Positions 1 to 9,986 of a DNA stretch of 64,000 bases are shown here, one piece after another. This stretch comes from an uncultured delta proteobacterium (GTDB lineage Bacteria > Desulfobacterota > Binatia > UBA9968): NCBI GenBank assembly GCA_963847445.1, contig CAWJZV010000030.1, positions 128,001-192,000 of the forward strand, in the 5' to 3' direction. Under the pieces are notes generated by a model, which was not told where the DNA came from, ran no database searches, and saw nothing but the letters and a program-made list of their open reading frames with translations. Both the position numbers and the translations under genes were made by a program. Every line of letters starts with the position of its first letter. The first letter of the stretch is position 1.

Positions 1-978
1 GCTCAAACGCAGCACGCCGGCGAGATCGAGCCAATCCAGGCTGATAATCAGATCGGCTTTTTCAATCAACGCCATCGCCGCTTTGTTGGGCCGCACGCAG
101 GGCGCGGCGAAATGCAGCGGATGGGTGGTGGGAAATGCCGATGGATCGTTGCTGCTGGTCAACACCGCGGCGCCGATCGCTTCGGCAAAGCGCACGCGCC
201 GATCCCAATCGCCCTGATCGCGCGACACGCGTCCGGCCAAGATCAATGGGAACTGCGCTTGCTCGATGGCCTTCAAGATTTGCTCGATCGATGCCGGTGA
301 TACCGCCGGTGTCGGTGCCGGCGCGAAACGCGAAGCATCGGGAATGACGATCTCATCGGTGAGCGCCGACTCCTGCAAGCCGGCATCCAGACAGATATAC
401 ACCGGCCCGCGCGGCGCCGTGCGGGTGATTTGATTGGCGCGCAACACCGACTCCACCGCCGCCTGCGCCGAGGCGGGCTGATCGTCCCACTTTGTGTAAT
501 CGCGAATCACCGCGCCTTGATCCTTGGAGGTGTGAATCCAGTCGATCCAGGGACGGCGCAGATGCGCATCCACCGGACCTGTGGCGCCAAAGATAATCAT
601 CGGTGTGCGGTCGCACCAGGCGTTGAAGATCGTCATCGACGCGTGCAAAAGACCGACATTAGCGTGCAACGCCACCGCCATCGGCGTCTCGGTCACCTTG
701 CCGTAACCGTCGGCGATCGACACCGCATGCTCTTCGTGCAGGCAAATCACCATCTGGGGATTTTCGTTGCCGAGATAATTGACGATACTGTCATGAAAAC
801 CGCGGTAGCTCGCACCCGGCACCAAAGCGATATATTTGAGATTGAGCCGTCGTGTGGTCTCGGCGACCACGTCGCTGCCCCACTTCATCTGCGGCTTGCC
901 GAGATTCTCCGGCCGGTCGATGGATGCGCTATTCGATTGACGGCTGCTCGCCTTGAGCGCCTTCTTGGTGGTTTTCAT
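1..978 (-). CDS. Thiamine pyrophosphate-binding enzyme (benzoylformate decarboxylase/acetolactate synthase-like), runs off window start
   Basis: Manual translation from ATG at 978: MKTTKK...WGSDVVAE...YIALVPGASYRGFHDSIVNYLGN...CLHEEHAVSIADGYGKVT...GPVYICLD, a typical TPP N-terminal (Pyr) domain. Absent from the ORF track, apparently because no stop occurs before the window edge. Confidence 0.85.
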   Translation of the reverse strand, partial: MKTTKKALKASSRQSNSASIDRPENLGKPQMKWGSDVVAETTRRLNLKYIALVPGASYRGFHDSIVNYLGNENPQMVICLHEEHAVSIADGYGKVTETPMAVALHANVGLLHASMTIFNAWCDRTPMIIFGATGPVDAHLRRPWIDWIHTSKDQGAVIRDYTKWDDQPASAQAAVESVLRANQITRTAPRGPVYICLDAGLQESALTDEIVIPDASRFAPAPTPAVSPASIEQILKAIEQAQFPLILAGRVSRDQGDWDRRVRFAEAIGAAVLTSSNDPSAFPTTHPLHFAAPCVRPNKAAMALIEKADLIISLDWLDLAGVLRLS

Positions 979-1056
979 TTGTCGCTCCCGCGCCGAATTA
1001 ATTTCGGGTTATGAGGTCCTGGTTGATCATGTTCTCCGGACGATCGAAATGCGGCT

Positions 1057-1389
1057 TTACTCGGACTTCGATTTAGCTTTCTGTTTGTCCTGCGTCTCGC
1101 GTGTGATTTTTTTGCTCTGAACATCCTGGGTATGCTCGATACGGCGTTTTTCTTGCTTGGTCACTTTGCCATCTTTCATGGCCCGATCTTCCGCCTTTTG
1201 CACCTGCTCCTGCCCCTTCTCAAGGCGCGCAGCTTCCTTTTGAGTGAGCTTGCCGGATGCGACGCCCTTGTCTATGCGCTTTTCCTGATTTTCCTGGCGC
1301 TGATCAATGCGCGGCGTGGCTTGTGCAGAAACCAATCCAGGTAGAATCAGCGAGGCAAACGCGAACGCAGTGAAGGTTAATTTATTCAT
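1057..1389 (-). CDS. Small secreted helical protein of unknown function
   Basis: Signal peptide ending VSA|QA, then charged repeats (RIDQRQENQEKRIDKGVASGKLTQKEAARLE ... DGKVTKQEKRRIE). Confidence 0.75.
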   Translation of the reverse strand: MNKLTFTAFAFASLILPGLVSAQATPRIDQRQENQEKRIDKGVASGKLTQKEAARLEKGQEQVQKAEDRAMKDGKVTKQEKRRIEHTQDVQSKKITRETQDKQKAKSKSE

Positions 1390-1637
1390 GAGGTTACTCC
1401 CTTTCTACTATGTGACTATTGTGCGTTATTTCGAAACCCATTCGGCAAGGCAGCCAACGGGGCGGCTCGGCTCTATGCTAATTTCGCGTATATATACGAT
1501 GGTGGCGTTGTTGTCCAATCCAAATCACCGCGAGGGACCGACGATGATTATCGTGAACGCCGCCGACAAAATTATTCGCATCATCGTAGCCATACCGCCG
1601 CCTTCACGAGCACGACCACAAACCACCAACACGCCAT

Positions 1638-2567
1638 CTACTCTTTGGCATACTTACCGGTAAGCTGCGGCGTGAATCCTTCCTGGCCCTTTTCTTGCCG
1701 CTGCAAGCGCGTCTCGCGCGCCCAGGTACGCTTGAGCTCGTCGCGGACCTTCACATGCAACCGGCCCAACGGTTCGGTTTCGATCTCAATCGCATCGCCG
1801 TCTTGAAACGGATTGAGGCCGCGGTGATTCGTACCCAAAGCAAGAATATCGCCCGGCTCCAACGGATGGATCGAGCTCACCCATTCGATGCAGCGGGGAA
1901 TTTTATGGGCCATGTCGCTGGTGTGATAGTTCTGCATCAACACGCCATTGTTCCACAGCCGCACCTGAAGATTATGCGGATCGGTGATTTCATCGGCGGT
2001 GACGATGAACGGCCCGGTGGGCGCGAAAGTCGCCCGCGATTTCATCTGGTAAAAAGTATTGCCGGCCGGCGGCAGACCGCGCGCGGACCCATCGACGAAA
2101 TTCATATAGCCGAAGATATAATCCATCGCCTGGGCCGCCGGGACATTGTCGGCGCGCTTGCCGATCACGAGCGCTAACTCGGCTTCGCCTTCGAAGATCG
2201 GCGCCGGCACATCGGGTAGAATCATGGTATCGCCGTCGCCGATGACCGAGTTTGGCGACTTGTGAAAAGCGTTGATCGGCGCCGGCTCTTTGCGCGTGCC
2301 GTCCTCCATATAGTTGACCGCCATGCAGTCGATATTAACCGGCTTGGGCAGCGGCGGACGAATCCGTACGCTCTTGAGCGCCACGCCGCTGCCAGCCGCC
2401 GCCGCCTTTTCAAGGGCGCTGCGATAATCGGCGAAACGTTCGATCAAACCGCTGATAAGATTATGCGGCCCGGTGTGTGGAATGTCTTGCACCGCCGGCG
2501 ACACATCCACGACGCTGTCGCCTTTGAGCACGCCGAGTTTGAAATCGTCGAAAAAAAGAATCTTCAT
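1638..2567 (-). CDS. Fumarylacetoacetate hydrolase family protein
   Basis: AVNY, FHKSPNSVIG, EGEAELALVIG, YIFGY, KSRATFAPTGP and LEPGDILALGT motifs; GAGGAGG RBS. Confidence 0.92.
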   Translation of the reverse strand: MKILFFDDFKLGVLKGDSVVDVSPAVQDIPHTGPHNLISGLIERFADYRSALEKAAAAGSGVALKSVRIRPPLPKPVNIDCMAVNYMEDGTRKEPAPINAFHKSPNSVIGDGDTMILPDVPAPIFEGEAELALVIGKRADNVPAAQAMDYIFGYMNFVDGSARGLPPAGNTFYQMKSRATFAPTGPFIVTADEITDPHNLQVRLWNNGVLMQNYHTSDMAHKIPRCIEWVSSIHPLEPGDILALGTNHRGLNPFQDGDAIEIETEPLGRLHVKVRDELKRTWARETRLQRQEKGQEGFTPQLTGKYAKE

Positions 2568-2662
2568 GCGTTCCTCCTCGCAGATGCGTTACGGTATAGC
2601 GGAAACGGTATCCATACTTCAATCGAATAATTCCCCGCAGCTTGCTGCGGGGACAAAATTGC

Positions 2663-2858
2663 TGGGGTTTCCAAAGGGGGTTGAACATCCCCTTTGGTCG
2701 CGAGCCGGGTTCATACCCCGATCGCGAAATGGCCGGTTGATTGAAAAAAAAAGAGGGCGGGTTTCAAACCCGCCCGCTGCGTATCGCCAGCAATCTTTTA
2801 TTGGCGTGTGCTTGGCGGCAAGACTTCCGAGCCGGGCCGGGCGGGACCGGCCCCTATA
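2663..2858. repeat. Cluster of REP-like palindromes
   Basis: ccaaaggggg-ttgaacat-cccctttgg (2671-2697); gggcgggtttcaaacccgccc (2754-2774); gccgggccgggcgggaccggcccctata, a GTAG-type REP-like end on the minus strand. Confidence 0.6.
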
Positions 2859-2868
2859 AGGACGAAAC

Positions 2869-3518
2869 TCACCAGCGATCCTGGCCCATCGCCCAGCGGT
2901 CGAGACTGGCGAGATATTCGCGGAACAGCACCATGCGCATCGCCACCGCGCGGCGCACCCGGTCTTGGCGTTCTTCAGTGGTGGCGTAACGTTTGAGAAA
3001 CAGCTGGGGCACGCTGCCATGGCCTTCTTCGTCTTCGGTGATCTTTCGATAGGGCTGCTTGATCCACTCGGGCACATCCGGTGATTTGAGGCACATCTGA
3101 ATCAGGTAGTTGGCGACGGTCTCACCCGCCAGCGAAAAACCGGCGATACGCTCGCAGGTCTCGTTCAAACCCTCCATGGCGTTGAACATGGCGATCTGCG
3201 CCGGCAGCGGTTTGTAGTCGAAGGGCTCGGCACCCAAGTCGCTCATGCGCTTGGTCAAGCAACTGCGCGTGAACCATCTCTTCATGGGCCGACTCGGCCA
3301 TGGTCGCTTTGACATCGAGTTCGGGAGTGGTCTTGAGCCAGGTACCAAAAAGATCGGCGGCGCGCAGCTCATTGAATAAGCCGGCTCTGCATCACCCGGA
3401 TGCGTTGTTCGTCGGTGCGCAACGGCACATAGGAATAGGCCGGCGGATTGCCATCGAGCACGCGGCAAAACTCATGCACCGGCGCGAGAATTTCCTGCAA
3501 GAATTCGTCACCGTTCAT
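2869..3518 (-). CDS. Ferritin-like di-iron protein (frameshifted)
   Basis: Reconstructed MNGDEFLQEILAPVHEF...NELRAADLFGTWLKTTPELDVKATMAESAHEEMVH...GETVA...ITEDEEGH has two E-x-x-H motifs; needs about two indel corrections (~3380, ~3265). Confidence 0.7.
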
Positions 3519-3544
3519 ATTCGGCGCGGCGTCCTCAATGGGTC

Positions 3545-3590
3545 TTGAAACGTTTTGAACGACTTGAACTATTGGAACGTTTTGAACCTT
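3545..3590. repeat. 9-bp periodic GAAC tandem repeat (single arm)
   Basis: GAAC at 3557, 3566, 3575 and 3584; same unit as the elements at 42878 and 55958. Confidence 0.8.
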
Positions 3591-3602
3591 CGGTTCTTGA
3601 GT

Positions 3603-4316
3603 TTAGACCCGCCAACCCTTCTGCGAGATATCGATGCCGTTGCCTTCGGGATCGTGGACGCGATACTCGGCGAACGGGATGCGCTCGGGCCGTTTGGCGC
3701 CGCGGCGCACGCCTGCCCTCTCGGCCCTGCTCTGCATCTCCTCATTGCTCGGCACGTGAAAACCAAAATGGTTGAGCCCCATGGGCTCTTCCTTGCGCTG
3801 GTAGAGCAATGCCAGATTAAAATAACCGTCCGATACAAAGATCGACGAGCGGTCGGTGCGTTCGACTTCCTTCATATCGAGCACCTTGCAGTAAAACTCC
3901 GCCATCTTTGCCGGATTCGGCGTGTACAGCGCAATGTGACGAATCGGCACCGGCCGGGCGGCGTAGGCGACATCGAAGGCGCGGCGGGAGACGCCGACGG
4001 TATTGCCGTCGGGATCCTTGAGCTCGTGATCGATGGTCGCGGGCGAATTCACCTCGCAAACTTGGCTATCCGCCATGCCCACATGGGCGAGCCTTTTGCG
4101 GATCGACTCGACGCGCGCGGTATCGAAGCCCAGATGGCGAAAGCCGCATTTCTCTGGGTCCGGCTCCGGTAACAATCCCAGATTGAAGATACCGTCGGAA
4201 AGAAATAACGCTCCTTGGTTGTCATCGATCTTTTCGAGATCGAAAACCTCTTGGTAAAATTTGGCGAGTCGCTCAGGGTCTTCGGCGGCGATGACCAACT
4301 GACGTAAGTTTGGCAT
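3603..4316 (-). CDS. Two-domain VOC/glyoxalase family protein
   Basis: Duplicated domain: ...FLSDGIFNLGLL...HLGF...DPDGNTVGV and IRHIAL...FVSDGYFNLALL...NHFGF...DPEGNGIDI. Confidence 0.9.
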   Translation of the reverse strand: MPNLRQLVIAAEDPERLAKFYQEVFDLEKIDDNQGALFLSDGIFNLGLLPEPDPEKCGFRHLGFDTARVESIRKRLAHVGMADSQVCEVNSPATIDHELKDPDGNTVGVSRRAFDVAYAARPVPIRHIALYTPNPAKMAEFYCKVLDMKEVERTDRSSIFVSDGYFNLALLYQRKEEPMGLNHFGFHVPSNEEMQSRAERAGVRRGAKRPERIPFAEYRVHDPEGNGIDISQKGWRV

Positions 4317-4371
4317 GGTGACGGTTATCCTTTCACGAAGCGGCTGACCGCTATTAGGTCATGGTGATCGG

Positions 4372-6892
4372 TCATTGCAGCAGATCCCTCGTCGAAGCTA
4401 AAGCCGGCCAGCCCGCGCGCGGCGCCAAGGGTTTGAGCGGCAAGCGTAAGCTAAACACACTGCCCACGCCTACCTCGCTGCGCAAGTGAATCTCACCACC
4501 GATTGACGCGGCGAGTTTTTTACAAAGTCCAAGTCCGACACCGGTTCCACCATACTGGCGGGTCGACGAGCCGTCGAGCTGGCGGAAGTCTTCGAATATC
4601 ACCTGCTGATCCTCGCTCCGAATACCGATGCCGGTATCGGCGATGGCGATCTCCAAAAACTCGCCGGCGTTTTCCTCAAGACGGCGGATACGCAGCTCGA
4701 TCTTGCCCTTCTCGGTAAACTTGAGCGCGTTGGTAATCAGTTCCAGCAATATCTGTTGGAGTTTCTGGCCATCGCTTTCGATGGTCTCGATGGCCGGCTC
4801 CAAGTGAATACCGAACTGGATCGGCCGTTGGCGGATCAAGCGTTGAGTCATCATCTCCAGGCCGCCGAGAATCTCCTTCAACTTGACGATCTCGACCTGC
4901 GTCGCACCGCTATCCGCTTCCATGCGCGAATAATTCATCAGGTTATCCATCAGATGGGACAACTCTTGGCCGTTGTTTACCAGCCGGTCGAGTATCTCCC
5001 GGCCGCTGCCGTTGATGCCGCTTTCACGCAGAACTTCGCTAAAGCCGATGATCGTGCTCACCGGCGTGCGCAGTTCGTGGCAAATATTCGCGACAAAATC
5101 CTTCTTGATGCGGTCCATCTCGATTAATTTCCGGTTGCTCGCCTCGACCCGTTGGCGCGCCTCCACCGACTCTTGATAAAGCCGGCCATTTTCCAACGAC
5201 AGCGCCAATTGATCGGTTAGAGTCCGCAGCAAGCGGAAGTCCTCGGCGCCATATTCGCCGCCGGACCATTTCGCGCCAAAACAAACGAATCCGCGCACCG
5301 CCCGCTCGTAAACCAGCGGCATGAGCAATTCGGCGTGCCAGCGGCCAAAGATGTCGAGCAGCGCTGCGCGCTTTTCGGCGAAGCGCGGATGACTGGAAAT
5401 CTCGCTGCGGCTCATGCCACGGGCGTCAGCAGCGTCCAATAGACCGGCCACATAATCGCTGTCCGCCGCCAGCAGCGCCAGATCCTGGGTGATTTTTTGG
5501 GCGCAAGGAGCAAACCAATTCAGGAGAATTCTTGGGCCGGTAAACCAGCACCGCGCTGTCGATGCGCAGGGGCTTACACACATGATCGACGAACCCTTGG
5601 GCCAGCGCTGGCGCGGCGTCAAGGCTACGGAGAAACAGGCTGGTGTCCTCCTGAACCTGCGCCGGGTCGTAATCCTGGCGGTAAACGAAGCGGTCGACGA
5701 TATGTTCGAGCCAGCGCAGCAACGGATTGAAGATCGCCACGACCAAAATCGAAAACAGAATCGGAATCAGCGGTTCCTTAGCGTACTGGCCGGCCCAAGG
5801 CGCGAGCAGCAGGGCAACCACCGCGTAGACGCCGATCAACATGCCCATGAGCGCGATGCGGCTGACCGTAACCCGCAGGGCGTTACCGAGATCGAACAGG
5901 CTATATTTGAGTAGCGCGTAGGCGATCGAGATCGGGAAAAATACCGTCGGCACCAAAGCCAAATTATAGGGAATCTTCAGTTGGTACGAACTGGTCAGCA
6001 CCGTGGTCAGCCCCGGCACCAGGAATCCCACCAGCGCACCGACGAACATTACCCGCAAACGCGAGCGTTCGAGATCCGATGAACTTTGCCGCAGGGCGCG
6101 GCCGGTGATACCGAGAAAACACAGCGCGCCGATGCAAACGTAAATATATCCGGCGCGGAAATGATTCGCCCAGGTTTCCAAAGGGCCGAAAAACGTCAGG
6201 CTATTCATCGCCCCCAGGGCTACGCCGACGCCGTAAAGGATCGCCACGAAACGTGGTCGGAGCATCGGCTGCGCATCGGACCGGCTCAACATCAGAGCCA
6301 AATGAATCGCCGCGCTGGGGGTTAAGGTGAGAGCAAAAATTCGCAGCTCCTTGGGCAGAACCGCTTCGGTCATAAAATCGAAAGTGGTCTGGAACCAAAC
6401 GAACACCGTCAGCACCATGAAGCAGAGCGGCAACGCCACCGGGGTCGCCGCGCGAAACATATACGGGGCGGTTCCCATCACCAGGAACGCCACACCGATG
6501 GCGATATAAACCCCGAAACTGAGCAGCCAATCGCGCAGGCCAAATGTCATGGTCGGCACCGCCACCTCGAGCGCTTGGCCGTTGCGCAGGATACGATAGC
6601 GTAGCGGCGTACCGACCGGCACACTGCGCACTGACGCGTAAAGATCGGCACGACCGTCCACAGGCCGCCCGCCGACGGCGACGACATGGTCCAAAGACTC
6701 AAGTCCCGCCGCGGCGCCGGACCAACCCGGTAACGCATACGGCCCAACGGTCAGGTTTTCATGAACGAAGAAGCCGGGAAACGGCTGGCCAATCCAGCGG
6801 CCCGAGGAGAAAAATGATTCGCCAATCAGCAGAGTGCCGAAGACACCGCTAACCAGAAGCAGCAACCATCTGTGCCAACTCTGCCGATTCAT
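4372..6892 (-). CDS. Membrane sensor histidine kinase with PDZ, multi-TM, GAF-like, HisKA and HATPase domains (one frameshift ~5500)
   Basis: N-part (ORF 5426..6949) has PDZ-like GAAAGLESLDHVVAVGG plus TM helices. C-part (ORF 4372..5622) has NICHELRTP, LITNALKFT, DTGIGI and GGTGVGL boxes. Confidence 0.88.
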
Positions 6893-6933
6893 GGCACTCC
6901 CTTGTCCCTTGTTGGTTCGAGCAAGACGCCTCG

Positions 6934-6962
6934 ATTTAGCAGGCGGCATCGATCGCTGTCAA
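6934..6962 (-). promoter_or_regulatory. Putative sigma70 promoter of the sensor kinase
   Basis: Minus strand TTGACA, then 17-18 nt, then (TG)cTAAAT, about 40 nt upstream of the ATG at 6892. Confidence 0.45.
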
Positions 6963-7035
6963 GAAAGCCGCCGCGCCTGCGCTCCCAGCACTCGATCGAA
7001 AGCTCACTGTTGGAACAATACCGACCAACCTAAAG

Positions 7036-7560
7036 CTAGATCTTGGCAATGGTCTCGCTGGCGAGAACGATGCGGGTTTGCCGGCCGAGAATTTCAAGTA
7101 AGACTGCCACCCGCTCGCTGCTCTTCAGCGTTCGCTCAAAGACCGCCTCTAGACCGGAAAACGGTCCTTCATTGATGCGCACCGTGTCACCTGGTTTGGC
7201 GGTCACCGGATCGATCTGCGCCACACCGCCGGGACAGCGCTCACGCAGCGCCGCGATGATATCTTCACCGACCTCGGCAACCTGGCTTCCGAAGGTAAGA
7301 AAATCCTTTACACCCGGCGCATAGCGCGCCAACCTTCCTGACAGTGCCATATCGAGCCGGGTGAAAACATAGCCGGGGAAAAGCGGCACTTTGACCCAAT
7401 GGAACTTCCTGCCGATCCGCCGGCGCGCCTGCATCCTTGGCAAAAACACTTCAAGATGTAAATTGGTCAAGCGCTTTTCGACATCCCTTTCACGATTGAG
7501 TTTGGTTTGAATAGCGTACCATCTGAGTCCCGGTTCGATTTGTAAGGCTTGTTGTATCAT
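7036..7560 (-). CDS. RfaH/LoaP/UpxY-like NusG paralog (transcription antiterminator)
   Basis: NGN domain (WYAIQTK...VFLP...PLFPGYVF...PGV) and KOW domain (PGDTVRINEGPFSGLEAVF...VLLEILGRQT). Start uncertain (7560 or upstream). Confidence 0.9.
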   Translation of the reverse strand: MIQQALQIEPGLRWYAIQTKLNRERDVEKRLTNLHLEVFLPRMQARRRIGRKFHWVKVPLFPGYVFTRLDMALSGRLARYAPGVKDFLTFGSQVAEVGEDIIAALRERCPGGVAQIDPVTAKPGDTVRINEGPFSGLEAVFERTLKSSERVAVLLEILGRQTRIVLASETIAKI

Positions 7561-7791
7561 CGGTTCGTTCAATGCCGATTGCTTCGACGGTAATTTTTTT
7601 TTAGCTGAAACGTCCGAATTGTAGCAGACCAAAGCAAAATAGATAATCGCCGCGGCGATTTTTTCTTGACTTTGACGCTAAATAAGCTTTCAATAATTGA
7701 AGTAAGACAACGGCTGTACTGAAGATCAAGTTCTTTGTGATCGTCTAACGAGCAAGGAATCGGCAAGCGGACTAACCAAACAGGAGGTCGC

Positions 7792-7878
7792 ATGCGAGCC
7801 ACAGCTTACTCCCAGCCTTCCCACGCAGCCGTTAGCGGCTCCAGCTCCGCGTACCGACAATTTGTCCGCTCATGGTGA
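7792..7878 (+). CDS. Putative 28-aa leader peptide upstream of prkA
   Basis: AGGAGGT immediately before ATG; MRATAYSQPSHAAVSGSSSAYRQFVRSW*. Confidence 0.3.
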   Translation: MRATAYSQPSHAAVSGSSSAYRQFVRSW

Positions 7879-8025
7879 TGCGCGAACCGCTCATAGTTAA
7901 TGCGCCGGCCCGCCTTGGTTGGGCCATCCATCCGGCTTTTTCCTGCGCGCCCGCACGGTACCGCTCCATTGGTAATTTCAAAGTTTGCACTAACCTACGC
8001 GATTGTAACAAGGGAGGCTGTTGGC

Positions 8026-9961
8026 ATGGACCATAACACGGAGTTCGAAGATCTCATCAAACGCGACCGCGACATGCATCAATCGCGCGCTTGGCGCGGT
8101 AATTTGCTTGGCTACCTCGAGAAAGTCAAAGAAGATCCTGGCATCACCAAACTCGCCCACGCCCGCATGTACGACATACTGATGAAAGCCGGGGTTCGCG
8201 ACATTCATGAACAGCATGACCCGCACACCCAACGGCTTTACAAAGACGAAACCATAAAACTTTACGATTTTTTCGCCGATGAGTTCTTCGGCATCGAGAA
8301 GACCGTTTCTCAGATTGTCCGCTACTTCCACGCCGCTTCGCTCAAGGGCGAAGAGAGCCGTCAGGTCCTCTACTTGATGGGTCCGGTGGGTTCGGGCAAG
8401 AGCTCTCTGGTCGAAAAACTCCATCGCGGTCTCGAAGCCAGCGATGCCATCTATGCCATCGAAGGCTGCCCGATGTTCGAGGAGCCGCTCCATCTGATTC
8501 CGCGCCACCTGCGCAAAGAGTTCGAAAAAATGCTCGGCATGCACCTCGAAGGCGATTTGTGCCCGGTGTGCCGTTACAAATTGCAACATGAGTACAACGG
8601 CAAGTACGAGGAATTCCCGGTCCACACAGTCGAATTTTCCAAGCGCGCGCGGGTCGGCATCGGCGTCGTGCCGCCGGTGGACCCCAACAACCAGGACACC
8701 TCGGTGCTGATCGGCAGCGAAGATATTTCGAAACTCGACCTTTATTCCGAAGGCGATCCGCGGGTTTTGGAATTGAACGGCGCGCTCAACATCGGCAACC
8801 GCGGCTTGGTTGAGTTTATCGAGGTATTCAAGAACGAGATCGAGTACCTGCACTGCATGATCACCGCGACCCAAGAGAAAGTCGTGCCGGCACCCGGGCG
8901 GCATGGCCTCGTCTACGTCGATACCGTGATCGTCGCCCACTCCAACGAAGCCGAATGGCAAAAATTCAAGGCCGACCACACCAACGAAGCGATCCTCGAC
9001 CGCATCGTCGTGGTGCGCGTGCCGTACAATCTACGGCTGTCGGAAGAAGTGAAAATTTATCAAAAGATCATCCGTCATTCGGACTTCCGCGCCCATGTCG
9101 CGCCCCATACATTGGAAGTGGCCTCGATGTTCGCGATCCTGTCGCGCCTGGAGCCCACCGCCAAATGCGATCTGATGACCAAGCTCAAGCTCTACAACGG
9201 CGAAGAAGTCGTCGAGAAGGGCCGGACGAAGAAAGTCGACGTTCAAGAGTTGCGCGACGCGACCAAGCGCGAAGGCATGTCCGGCATCTCCACGCGCTTT
9301 ATCATGAAGGCCCTCGACAACGCGCTGTCGGACAACACGGCCGGCAACTGCATCAACGCGATCAACGTCCGCGAAGCCTTGATCAACATGACCAAGGAAG
9401 CCGACATGCCCGACGACACGAGGAAACAGTATCTGGAGTTTCTCCAGGATACGCTGCACAAGGAATATCTTGAGCTGCTGGAAAAGGAGATCACCCGGGC
9501 CTTCGTCTATTCCTACCAGGAACAGGCCGAAGGGCTGTTCCAGAACTATCTCGACCACGCCGAAGCCTATATCAACAAGAGCAAGGTCAAAGACCGTAAC
9601 ACCAAGGAAGAGCTGGCGCCGGACGAAGGCTTCATGAAATCGATTGAAGAGCAGATCGCCATCATCGGTTCCGCCGCCGACGGTTTCCGCCAGGAAGTGA
9701 TCGCTTACCTATGGGCCGCCAACCGGCGCGGCGAAAAGATCGACTATCGCAGCTACGAGCCTTTAAAAGAAGCCATCGAGAAGAAACTGATCACCTCGGT
9801 GCGCGACTTGAGCCGGGTGATCACCAAGTCGCGCATGCGCGACGAAGAGCAATCGGACAAATACAACGCCATGGTCAAGAATCTTGCTGGAGAACGGCTA
9901 CTGCCAGAGCTGTGTCGATGTCGTGCTCAAGTATGCGGCGAATAATCTTTGGAAGGACTGA
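8026..9961 (+). CDS. prkA: PrkA/YeaG family AAA+ serine protein kinase (frameshift ~9885)
   Basis: Walker A GPVGSGKSS, GALNIGNRGLVEFIEVFK, HSNEAEW, REGMSGISTRF; true C-terminus NGYCQSCVDVVLKYAANNLWKD* in another frame; GGGAGG RBS. Confidence 0.95.
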
Positions 9962-9986
9962 GGATCAAGGAGACGTTCGCATAACC

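Noticed and set aside
430-1014. 194-aa plus-strand ORF
   Set aside because: Shadow of the minus-strand TPP enzyme gene (1-978).
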